From assembly GCA_051294905.1 (NCBI GenBank), contig CM119371.1, forward strand, positions 24,306,001-24,370,000: DNA of 64,000 nucleotides, written 5' to 3'. This document shows, piece after piece, positions 52,018 through 64,000 of the stretch. Every line of letters starts with the position of its first letter. The first letter of the stretch is position 1. Under the pieces are notes generated by a model. The model worked only from the letters and a program-made list of their open reading frames with translations. It ran no database searches and was not told where the DNA came from. Made by a program: the position numbers and the translations under genes. The DNA comes from Botryllus schlosseri. Lineage: Eukaryota.

Positions 52018-52872
52018 TAGGGCGATTTTTTTTGACATGTCAAAAAAAGTCAAAATTAGGTCAAAATTGTAACGTTAGGTCAAAATTTGTCAAAATTGTT
52101 TACAAAGTCAAACATTTTTTGACGTCTGCATTTCGTTTGTATCGTAGATTTTGCGCTGTCGGTGAACTTATTATTTGATATCTTACAGCTTGAAGCCTAC
52201 TTCATAGGCCTACCGTTGTAAAGGACCATCGTCTGCTCATTGTGAATCATAAACGGTCAAATGAAACAAATAGTGACATGGCTTTATGGTCAACGTACCG
52301 CAATATCCTAGCTGAAGCAAGACTGCTTCGACATTGCATGGTTCTAATATCAAGAAGCGTAAGCTGAAAAATTGTGATATAGACAACATTGTCAGAATGA
52401 AGCAACACGGTTTGTCACCAGCAGTGTGCACACAACTTCAGTGTTGTCAACCAACAAATGCTGCTGTTGAACGTTCTTTCTTCGTTCTTGGCAAGCTACG
52501 TAGTAAGGACAGACACTTTCTACCCGAGAATGCAGGAAAGGATCTTTCGTTGTACTACAACAAATTTTAATTCTTTCCACCAGAATACGTAATGTAACTA
52601 CTGGAATTCTTCATAGGGCCAGATTTCGGTAAAATACTAGTTTTTCATGTAAAATTTGTCAGTTTTTGAGCCAAAAACTTTGTAAGGACAGACGGTTCCA
52701 ACCAGAAATGAAGATAAGTAGTACAATTTTAACATTATATGCGAAAACACCTAATTTGCATACGTGAGGTCAAAATTTGGTCAAATTTCAGTTTTTTTAG
52801 GTCAAAAAAGTCAAAATTTAGATTTTTTAGGTCAAAATCTTCCGCTTTTTAGGTAAAAAAAAAATCGCCCTA
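52018..52872 (+). mobile_element. Deleted hAT element with transposase C-terminal relic
   Basis: TIR TAGGGCGATTTTTTTT / AAAAAAAATCGCCCTA; perfect TSD GTCATGAT; (GTCAAAA)n arrays; CQPTNAAVERSF..LGKL..KDRHF at ~52440-52520. Confidence 0.9.
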
Positions 52873-53376
52873 GTCATGATATTCTTCATTATCGACTTCT
52901 GAAGCTTGGCTCGTTTGGAAATCTTTAAAAGCAGATGCAATACTGTGCAACTGTTTATTTTGTTCGGTTCTGCATTGAGTATATTCTGGCAAACTCTTAG
53001 GCAAAGATCTAGTTTAATCATTATGATCGTTTCCGGTGCGCAGGAGTGCGAATTTGTCACAATTCACGTTCTTCTCGCAATAGTCTGCGAACACCGTTCA
53101 CTTAAATTCGTTCCTAAAATATAATATAGTGTGAAATAAACAAATTCAAATGTTATTTTAGCTGATTGATAAAAAGTCGTATTGTGGTGATTCTCTTCAA
53201 GATCTTCAAAAGCATAAATTGAAAATTCAGGATCATTTTGTTGATAGCTCTGTACCAGGATACAGTGACTTACCGTACTTTTTCAAGTAAACCTATTCAT
53301 GGTGTTTCGACTGCTTTATTCATTATCAACATGTCCATATTTTTCCTAATGATTTGCTAGCACGTTTCTATTTTAG

Positions 53377-53665
53377 TTCTTTACCTGCAACTGCTGCGGC
53401 AATCGGCAGGAAATGAACCTACAATGGCGAAGAGCGTGAGTACACGAAATCGATTTATGTAAACAAAAGTTTTTATAATATGTCATACATTTAGTAACGC
53501 CTTCGGAATGGTATCACGATAATCCCCAGTGTGGAGGACAGCATCAGTCTCCAGTTGATATAGTAACGAAAAATGTACCGGTCGATCCATCTCTAAAGTT
53601 GTTGCGGCTGAAAGGCTATGAACAGTCATTAACCGGCGGATCAGTAGTCAACAATGGCCATTCAG
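53377..53665 (+). pseudogene. Partial duplicated alpha-CA (two exons, 53377-53435 and 53495-53665)
   Basis: Second exon differs at 6 of 171 nt from 48487-48657; Trp codon of WTY is TGA (53414-53416); 2-nt indel; no downstream exons recognised. Confidence 0.85.
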
Positions 53666-54083
53666 GTATTCGATATCAGTGTTCTTCAACCTTTTTATTG
53701 ATTTAATGAACCCCTAGATTTGTCGTGACCGACTCGTTCACTCCATTCGCCTGCAATATAGACTCTCGGTTTAAATTAAAACCCAGTGGAGCTGCATGCC
53801 CATGAGGTTTATCACGCTGTCGGTGAGATCTCGTTGATAACTATTGGCCGCTTGCTAGTATACTACGGCATGTCGTTAAGCGTCATTCCAATAAAACGAG
53901 CAACTAGACCTATTTACTGACTGTTTTTTTGATGCCGACTTTTAACTAAGAACTCAAACTAAAGTATGATACATTTCGATAGTTGCGCCCGTCGTCAATG
54001 GATCGATTTGTGTGATTGATTTTATTTCTTTTAATATCTGATTTCGCACGAATAAAATATGCTGTCGTCGTATAAATACTAAG

Positions 54084-54220
54084 TAGGGATGATGCGAACC
54101 TCTGAAAGGTTCAGGTTCGTGTGAACGCGAACATTTTTGAAAGGTTCTGTGTGAACACGAATGTGAACCTCATGACGTCATATTGCTAAGTTCAACCCTA
54201 CATTTCAGTGGAGTGATAGC
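54084..54220. mobile_element. One end of the TAGGGATG hAT MITE family
   Basis: Reverse-complement match to ~16255-16391; no partner end or TSD found. Confidence 0.75.
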
Positions 54221-55036
54221 CTAAATGATATACATTAAACTTTCATCAGGGTAATGCAACCACACCGAAATAGCCTTCAAAATCTGAAAATCGGCATTTG
54301 TTCTAAAGCTAAGCATTCGCAACTACGTAAGGCTATTTCGGGGTGGTTCCATTGCCTTGATGAAAGTTTAATGTATACTATCAGAATCAGCGCGACTGTA
54401 GCTTTCAGAAAGATCAACTTTATTTAATTTGAGCGTTAGGATCGTCATCTATGGGATTAGCAATTATGTTGCCGCTTCATGCTATGAAGCGACAACAAAT
54501 CTGCCACTCGGTGGAGTCGGAGTCTCCAAATTATTTTAGCACTCTTGGAGTCGGAGTTCGAGTCGATGGTGAAATGTACCGACTCCACAGCCCTGGTTCA
54601 AAGAACTTGACCACAACTTTGGTCGAGCAGAGATCCCATTGATTTCAACGGCTCTTGAAGTATATAACGGTAATAAACTCATTAAATATTGTTTTTGGCC
54701 TCCATGCATTCAATTACAAATTCACATTACATACGATTTTAAAGGTATATAAAACATTGCATTGGTAGGTAAAACTTGTATAAGTGAATGAATACACGAA
54801 TAATGTATCAATTTATGAATCTGGCAAGTACTTCATCTTATCCGGCCAGCCGATTGAATAAGTTGTCCGCCCCTGGTTTACAATAACATTAGCTGGAAAG
54901 ACGACGATATTTTGGTTGTGAATAATATGAAGATTTGCTTCTATCACCAATATAGACTTATACAGTGATATCGCGGCACCTTCTCACAGGGAAAAATAGT
55001 TCGCGGCACACAAGCACATCGAGTATATACCCCGAC

Positions 55037-55195
55037 TGGCGAGTTTGTCGTAGTGGTTCACTGCATAGTCACAACACCAACGGGTTGCGATTCGAGTCCG
55101 ACATAGGTTGACTCGAGAATTCCTTTCTAAGTGTTGGAAGTTTACCTAGGCTTGTCCTCGCCATCCGATCTGTGTAAGCGCGGTTCTAAACAAAA
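55037..55195 (+). mobile_element. tRNA-derived SINE, 5' part
   Basis: TGTCGTAGTGG, GATTCGAGTCC, family body. Confidence 0.7.
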
Positions 55196-55675
55196 TATTA
55201 AACGAAAGTGAGTTGTGCTATAGATTGGCATCTCGGGAATCAGATAACTACGATGTTTCCTGGTCGAGGGAACGATGCGAGTAATATTATTCATGAAATT
55301 GCGATGAACTAATCCACACAGAATGACGGAGCCGGGCGTATTTTGCGATTTACTCAAATAATTCCCATTCACATCAATCGAGCTCGCCAGACTTTTTGTA
55401 TCAGTATCAGATTTTCAAGAATGTCATCATTTCAAAACACCTCAAGACTGCCATACCATGGAAAGTTAGGACGGCGTGGACTGTGGATACTACTTTGAGT
55501 AGGCTAGTCTTTGAAATCAATGTAGTCAAACCGATACACTAAACCGCAACCGAAAATTTATATCCCATCATAATGATCTCCACGCTGCAGAATATATACT
55601 GGATTTAATTTGTATTTGCTTTTGAATAAAACTGTTTGTCTGTTGGACTGCAAACGATATGGAGTGTCAACCCAT

Positions 55676-58396
55676 GTGTGCCGAGCGGATCGACAAATTC
55701 TCTGGTCCGGCTCCGATCCGGCTATCCAATTCACTGGTCCGGCTTCGATCCAGCTCCGGCCGTATCAGGAAAAACAACGAGCCGGAAGTGTTATGTTCTT
55801 GATCTTGTTTCAACAATAACTCATACGGCGAGGTTGCAATATGAAATCAGTATATTATCAGCGGAATAACTTTAAGACAGGCGACACGATCCAGAGTGCA
55901 GTTAAACGAAAGACCAGTAAATGACAGAACATAGGGTATAAATACAACGCAAGGCACACGAGGAAATAATGATTGGCGCCAATTACTAGTCCTATGCAAA
56001 ACAGAGTTAACGATACCAACGTAAATACATGAACATAACAGAAATCCGGCCCAACACGGCAGTGATGAGCGGAGTCTGCTTTTCGAGACTCCGAGTCCCT
56101 CCGACAACTTTGGTCTTTGAGGCAAAGTCCCTCCGACTCCGGGGATCTCAATCCCAGACTCCGAGATAACCCGAAGAATCTTGTCCAGTCTCTGAAACAT
56201 ATTCAGACCATTGTCGAAGAATCCCAATCGATGCTTTCGATAGCCTGTCTGATATTCATACCAGTTTTTTAGTATCCGTGAATTGCCGAACAGTCGCAAC
56301 ATTACTTCTGAGAGTCAAGTTCTCTCCAACAAAATGGACAGTCAAGCTAATAGAACTGCGACCCTTTAGATCGGTCCACATATCTGTGGTGATGCCATCC
56401 AGCCAGCCCATAACACTTGATAGCAACTCTTAGTTCCTCTGACCGCTTCTGCTTCAAATATAAAGCCTCCTCATCCAACTTACGTTTCACCGTAAATCTG
56501 GATGGCAAAACGACTTCTGCACAACACCACGGCAAACCGGCACTTCTTCGGTATTCTCCACCCGGCGATCAGTGTTCCCCATGATCACCTTCTCCTTTGA
56601 TTTCTTGCTTACTTTTTTGTTGGAAGAAAGGAACTTTCTTCAACTGCGATCGATTCTTCTTACACACTTCGATATGTCTTCGAAGATGCGACGTACCACT
56701 TGTCAACTTGTGATGCTTTAGCTGAACATTGCAATTTTGACATCTCGCAAACCCAGTATACTGGCCGTTATTATGATGCAGCATCAGAGTGAAATCCTTC
56801 CACACGTCACTCTTTTTCTGCGTCTTTGTGAGTAACCCACTTGACGTCGACGGAGGAAGACCAGTCAGTTCGAACTAACTACCACTAACACCACTGAAAT
56901 CGACGATCACATCACAGGTTTTAGTAGATTAAGTTCCGCATCGCCATGAAACAGTTGATGGAACTGCACTGCACTAAACATACATGATGCATCACTGACG
57001 CACCGATCGTCGCTCCTTGGAGTTGACTAAATGACTAGTGACTTCCAATTTTGAAGCTGATACATGATACCTGGAATTTGGAGTCTGAGACAGACCAGCA
57101 GCAGAAACTTGATTGCGGTGCTGATTTTTCTTATCCCATCAAAGTCATTTCTCAATCAAACCAAACATTACATGACGAAAATTCAGAAGAGTTCTGGATG
57201 ACTGACTACGTCAATCATTGAAGGAAGCGTAGTTGAGTTGATGCGAGCAGAGTAGACGGTTGTAGTTATTTAGTGTGGCTGTTCAGAAATGCAATCATTA
57301 AATCATGTAACACATTGCATAAGTTATTATTGTTTCCATCCAGATACTTGCTTGTTGTATGTATATTTCTCACAGATATAAAGGTAATATTGATGTAACA
57401 CTTATTATCGATATCTCTCACAGCAAATTGCAAGTACGATGAAAGTTGCGAAAAGTTATCACAAAAGTGGTATCGGATATTATCTTGTTTCAACTGATAC
57501 CAACGTTGGGAATACATTTTCACAAAATGGACCTATTACTATGTTGAATGTCATCAGGATAATGGAATATATTCCGTTATGATCATGAACTTGCTGGAAG
57601 AATCAGGGTAGCTAAAGGCTGTACCATAGGGAAGCCCCGCTGTATGTTGCTGATTGTAAATGTTTCGCACAATTACTGGGGTAGCATGAAAATTAGTCAC
57701 GAAACAAATACGCAAGGAGGAATGTAATGTGACTATAGAAGACTGCAATGACAGCAACGTGGAAGATTCTGGAGATCTTATCTCATAATATGGTGACATT
57801 CAGCAGTGGATTCAAAGACGGCATCTCAAGGCAGGGAGAAAATGATGCACTGCGAATGATATTGGGTGCCTTCAAGTTTGTGAACTACAGACACTGCTCA
57901 ACGGAAATGCCATGCTAGATCACTAGGTTACTCTCCAGTCCCAAATTGCAGTGCAGATGGCTGATTTTTATGCACTTGGCAATCATTTTTGCATGTTTCC
58001 CGTCATATTACAACTTTACAAGGTGTCAACTGCCTGTGTTTTGGTTTGTAATCAATAGTGTCTTCTGGTCAAAGCTATCGAAAGATAAGAAACTTACAAT
58101 GCTCCGTAAAACTCCGGAAAAATATCTGTTGTAAACTCCGACTCCACTCCGGGTATCACAAAATTGGCAAAACTCCGCTCCGGATCCACTCCGACTCCGC
58201 TCCGGTGCTCATCACTGCAACACGGTACGGTGGTTCCATGAATTTATAAATATGGCTCGTTTATTTTCGCACTGGCTTGACGGCTACTTCGTGTGGTTCG
58301 TTGGTAGGTATTTAGTTACAAACGTCAGTCTTATCCATACCGATTCATGCCTTATCAAAAAAGTACTGATCCGGCTCCTGTCCATGCTCCGCACTA
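55676..58396. mobile_element. hAT-type MITE with (GATCCG) motifs, hosting a nested hAT
   Basis: GTGCCGAGC / GCTCCGCACTA ends; perfect TSD CAACCCAT. Confidence 0.7.
56060..58217. mobile_element. Defective hAT element containing a BED zinc-finger relic
   Basis: TIR CAGTGATGAGC / GCTCATCACTG; perfect TSD CAACACGG; (ACTCCG)n; minus strand KSDVWKDF..ARCQNC..SGTSHLRRHIEVC at ~56820-56660. Confidence 0.88.
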
Positions 58397-59880
58397 CAAC
58401 CCATACGGCGCTAGGTGGCAATATTACCAAGAGTCGTCAAACCTGTGATTGCCTCCATTGTCGGCATATTTTAGTCGCTAGTGGGCAACAATGTTTCGAT
58501 GCGTCAATATACAAATGCATGCCATAGCTGGATAAGCGATAAAATGTCGGGAATTTGACTGTACTGTGCTTTGGCAAAACACGATACCAGCACGACAAGA
58601 GCTGGATCTGGGTTGGTTCTTAATAGTCTCAATTATGGCTATAGTTTGTGTACGCCATCCACTCTTCATTATCCTGACAAGATCATCGGGTCTGTGGATG
58701 TTGAGCTGGCTCGGTTGTAAGTGCAAGTCAATATTATACACCTGAATAGTATCATAGGAACAGCCGGGCCCTTATTGGTTCAGTTGTATATTGACGCTAT
58801 GTACCGCCAAGACTCTTTCCAAATCAATAATAGTAATCTTACTTAGTTCTTACTCGTAAGTGGTTATATCTCCCTTGTATATTACAAGTTGTATCGTACC
58901 CCTGCATCGATTGAATCACCGAAGTACGTGATAGAAAAGTGACAAATACCGCAAAATATATCCATGCCACACGTTGAATGGAATATTAGTTCATATGGAA
59001 GTACAGTATTTAAACTAGTCAGGGCAAGCAGCGCAGCAAAACAAGTAACGCATCACCCAAACCATGGAACATTGCACACATTGCTGCGCGTGCTCCATAT
59101 TTTATTGCTGCAAGATACATCTGTTATACGCATTCGTTGTTAAGTAGTCACCGCCAGCCGTCTATGTCATTCGCAGACGCGAAATTAGTCCCATCTCGGT
59201 TCGAGCCATCAGGTTGATATTGCATCCAGATTCAAGCTGGAGAACGAGTGCAAATGCTATAGGCTACCATTGGTTAGTCAACTCATCCTCCTCTCCGTTT
59301 TAATTAAGATATATTTTCCATAAAGTACACATTGATTTGATTTGTGAAGAGTCGAAATACACAAGAAATTTCTACTGAATGTATACTATATAACCAGCCC
59401 TCAAGATTACTTAACCTCGATCTGACATAGCAACCTCGGCTATCAACAAATATGTGTCATTCATGCTCATTACTGGTCGTTCTATAATATTCTTGATTTA
59501 TTTCCGCCCAGTGTGAATGCCTTTTATTTACATCGTCTATCGGCTCGGGTGAGTGTCTAATTTAAAAGACTACTCCAAGTCGTTTCGATACGTTTTTATT
59601 GTATCGCAGTATTGTGATGTTTTTAAATTATGATATTAATAATGAACGGATCCTCATACTGAAAAAACCACACCCACTGAATTCGAGCAGGTTTTGGGTC
59701 ACATTCCTTCGCAGAATAATCTCAACACCGACAAAAAATAAATATAGTACTATACAGACAACTATCTATCCTGGAATAAAATTGAGCATCAAAAACTCGT
59801 TTCACAATCCGTTTTCAAGGGATCTGTTTGAAATATACCACTCACAAAAATATTTTTTCGATTGTTAGATCTCATACCGG

Positions 59881-60300
59881 TAGTGTTACCATATTTTGGA
59901 AATCTGAAAAGAGGACCAACTTTTCAGAATTTCCAGACTTGCAAAATCGGAGGAGAATTCTCAACAAATGGTGAATTTTTCCCACTTTGTGGTCGGTTGA
60001 CTAAATAAAAGGTCAACTTTCCCGCTCAGCGCCCCAAATACAGTATTTTCCTACACATTGTCAGGTGGCAGTAACTAAAAAAAGGTCAACTTCCAACTCA
60101 GCTCCCGAAATACCCGTCGGAGCGTCCCCTCGTTGCTGGTTTACGGCATCTCAGTCGAATTTAGCTATGAATATGACTAACATTTTCAATAAAGAGGACA
60201 TAATCTCAAAAAAGAGGACAAAAGGGCGTTCTCCGAGGACACTTCCAAAAAGTCAAAAAGGAGGACAAATTCTCTTAAAAGAGGACGTATGGTAACCCTA
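59881..60300. mobile_element. hAT MITE (TAGGGTTACCAT type)
   Basis: TAGTGTTACCATA / TATGGTAACCCTA; AAAAGAGGAC motifs; flanks CATACCGG / AATAACGG. Confidence 0.75.
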
Positions 60301-63300
60301 AATAACGGTGTCAAACGCATAGGTGAATCTCTATTGGGATCATATGTCCGTTACTTTTTTGTTCGGACAATTCGGTATTGGATCTGTTTACCGGTATATT
60401 TCATCATCACTAAGTAAGAACATTTAATTTCATATTGCCAAGACAATTTTAATCAAGTATCGAAAACAATCCTGTTACGTGTGTTGTGTTTCAGATTGAT
60501 ATATCTATCAGCCGTTGTAGTCCTGTCAGTAAGTGCATGAATTCTACCAAATGCGTAATATGTATTCTGCAATGAATCACGTCGAGCAAGCTGATATACA
60601 ATGGTTGCACAAACAGTGGCCTTGAAATATATTTACCAACCTGTTATTGAAGGTATATTCTGACACTCACAGTAACTCACAAGCGTAGGGTCCGATGAAA
60701 AGGATCATAATATTAGGTCACATTGAACAAAGACGCAGGTATCTATTAGTTGCGTGTTACTGTTCAGTCGCGTCCTACTTATTGTTTTCATTACTGAAGT
60801 GTCGTTGGTATAAGGTTCTTTAATCTTGATTGTCTATGGGCGTCTTGTTGAGATGTGTTTGTTTTCGGTGTTGATTAAACACCACAATGAAGTAGCCTAC
60901 TTAGGACTAACACACCGTGATGATGAAATGAGCCATCCTTCTGTTCAATCATTCCAGTCGTTGGTTTATAGTATTCTCCATAAGAGCATTCATAAATGAA
61001 GTGAGCTTCTGCTGTGGCGAACTGAACAATGACGGTTAGCACAGCCGAACGGTTTCTATTCCAATGCGGCATAGATGGTCGTTCTAAATCAGCGGTGGGC
61101 AATTATTTTTCTCCGCGGCAGAAAATACGTTGGCGGGCCGAGTCAAAATTCTTAGCTGTATTCTCCAGCATATTAATTTGTATTTCTAATTTGAAAGCAA
61201 TGAATTACACTGTTAATAAATGCTGCTCAGTGGATATCTGTTGATATTAGGGAATGAGAAGGTGACGGTTATTTACCGAAAAATAATATTTAATTGCCGT
61301 CATATTTTGCTACAATTTTAAACATGATACATTTTAAACTCTCTTTAAACCACTATCCGCGTATTTCTATCAATACATTATAATATATGTGGGATACTTC
61401 AGAGTTTATTGTCTTGGTCGCTGCCTTCCGAGCAAACGCAGCTTTGCGAAATAGCCTTGTTGCTGAGCGAAGCTTGTTGGTTTTCTGAAATTTGCCCTCC
61501 CTTGACCAAATGTGTGGCTTCGTGTTTTTGTAATAGAACCGACTTAAATAAACACAGCGACTTGCTCGGTCCTAACTACTAAAAAAGTTTGGTTACCCCT
61601 GATTTCAGTAAACAAACATATATTGCTCCAAATCTTCTTTGAATTTCAGCTTTTGGCTTCCTATTTTTAACATGCCCCTTTGTACTTTATGGGTAGTGAT
61701 GAGTCATAGTAATCACGGGCATTGATTGATTTGTTTTACGAATTAGGGATTTGGAAAGGTATCACGTAACAATTTAAAACACACACTGTGTTATTCGTAA
61801 TGTGACAATGGCAACAAGGACGGGTTGGTGACTACTTGTGTCTTTAATTGTTACGGCAAAATTTGCTACATTGACTTTATTTAGAATCTGAATTACGCAT
61901 GCGAGGTGGGTAGGTTTCGTAATCTCGGTATCATAATGATCGGACTTAAAAGCAAACGAATTCCCAGTTTGGTTTATACAGCCCATTGTTTTAGTCCGCG
62001 GCTTCACGCGGCAACATTAAGACAGTTTACGTTTTGAATTCCAAGCAACCTTTCGCGGGCCGCTCAGAATAGCTTTGCTTAAACATGGAACTAGGGTAAT
62101 GCACTGCTACAGACATAATATGGCATTATGCTGGCTGTAGTTATACTATGCAACTGTGAGCATTGATTTGTTTATGTAGCTTACCCATGTTTGTTTACAG
62201 TTGTTATATAATTACCCATGTCCGGTAAATACAGAGAATGCTATCACCAAGAGTGGAAATTACCGAGAAAGACATGACCGAAGATGGACAATACGGAGAA
62301 TGCTATTACCGATTAAGGCACGGCCTGGAACGATCATTACCGGGAAAATAATAAAATATTCAATTGCATTTAAAATGATTATATTCAGATCGTTTAAGAG
62401 ACGCGATGCATGGTCATCGGTCAGTGATGTCAGGCGTTGTTTCCCCACGTCGTTATTGCGCAAATATGATGGGAGCCTAATTCATTTGCCTGAATATTGG
62501 AGCAGGTCGATCAGTAACAAAATATAAGTATCAGTAACGCCAAGCATCTGTTATTCTTCCAAACGAACTGATTCATCCCAATATTATCACGATATAACAT
62601 ATTGCGCCTTAGATATATTATTAACCGTGAAATCGGGCTCGGACTAGTATGATATCTAGACGAGATCGATGAGATTTCATCCTTCGTTGTTTTTGTATGT
62701 ATCCTTCGTTTTAAGTGCGGTCCGTATTTAAAGGCGCAAAACCAGTTACGTACGACACTGGACAAATATTTTTTTATTATAACTGGGTTATGTATATCCG
62801 CACGCATCAGTTAATACGAGAAAACACTGACATCATGTCTGGGGTGTGTTCGGATTGTGTTGTCACTCGGACATCGCGTCTGGGATATGTTGGAGCTGCG
62901 ACTGACGGTATTGTGAATATAAAGACTGTCTTATTGCGAACATGAGACTGTTCTTATTTTGAACAAAACTATCTTTAATTTGTGAAAATAGTCGAACCAA
63001 CCCTGTCGGCAAAAACTACGATCAAAAATAAATAAAAATAACCTACAGTTACAGAAATAAGTCTTATTATAATCGCAATTATAGAACGGTATATTCCTAT
63101 AGAGTCGTGTTAGGACGTTTACATGCTTCATTCAAAGATAGTAGTTCGAAACATGGGGCTCATTTGCGTTTATTCTGGGCTTCGAGAAGATGTTGAACGA
63201 AATCAGCTTCCAAAATAGTGCGTGATTAAGTCTGGGAAAAGGTTCCGACCTTTTATTAGTAATCAGCTTATCAGATTTTGAGCAGGGCTACGGAATACTT

Positions 63301-64000
63301 TCAAATTGGAAATGAAGATGCGACCATAAAACGTTGGAAAACACTGGATGCGCGGTGTTTATATAGCTCAGTGGTGCGCACCGGCATTAGACTGGTAAAT
63401 AATTTAATCAGTGTGACATGCTCATGACTTAACGATGTACATTGTACAATTATGCTCCCTGTATTTTCGACGTCTTCCTTCTCCACCAGCTCTACCGGTA
63501 ACTCTGATCATGTGGGAGAAGAGAGGATCAAAATTATATAGTGACGTCATATTGATCGACAATGCGCTCATACCTCATTTTGAAATCCGTTAGTGGGCGC
63601 TAAAGAGCGTCAGGAATTTGGGCCACAAAATATGGTAACCCTAACTTAGTAGAACATTGTGGTTCCGGAATTGTTATTTACGGGATGTGATAAGGAGGAA
63701 AATCATTGAAGATGTGCTGGACTTCAATTCAATCAATTATAGGGTCCATTTCTCCAGTGCATAGTATGCCATGGTATGGAAGTATACTATGGTATGAAAC
63801 GTAATTTATGTGTGGGATATGGCATCGTATGGTTTGGTATGGAGATTTTCAAGCATCGCCTTCCATAGTCATATACTTTGACCGGTTTTCCACGACCATG
63901 ACAAAGATCTTTATTTCGAACTTTTCAAATCCATTACATGCCTCACAAAGTCGTTAATGGTCAGGTTTCAAGTATTATATCACATTATTATTGCAATTAT

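Larger units (their letters stand above)
48073..54078. repeat. Inverted duplication with arms 48073-49267 and 52877-54078
   Basis: Continuous reverse-complement similarity over ~1.2 kb, including two CA exons. Confidence 0.95.

Noticed and set aside
48073..54078. Polinton or Foldback element with 1.2-kb TIRs
   Set aside because: The arms contain host CA exons and a MITE fragment; no TSD, integrase or polymerase seen

Overview
AT-rich, TE-saturated eukaryotic DNA, probably from an invertebrate animal; species cannot be determined. Most ORF-track entries are noise. (1) A spliced alpha-carbonic anhydrase gene on the minus strand (six exons, 48773 to 35575) keeps all three Zn-ligand histidines but has a 2-bp frameshift and introns loaded with piggyBac, hAT and PIF/ISL2EU elements. 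Its 5' exons are duplicated in inverted orientation at 52877-54078. (2) Two diverged copies of an intronless Thr-rich, single-TM, env-like ORF (2-1339, 34057-35106); the second lies directly behind decayed Ty3/Gypsy-like RT and RNase H motifs and a possible dUTPase-like relic. (3) A 14,014-bp block (21453-35466) with an 8-bp duplication and imperfect GG...CC ends splits a hAT-type MITE just past the CA stop codon. (4) Many hAT MITEs with 8-bp TSDs, a tRNA-derived SINE family, and a 5'-truncated RTE-like LINE inserted in one SINE. All calls are by eye; no database searches were run.
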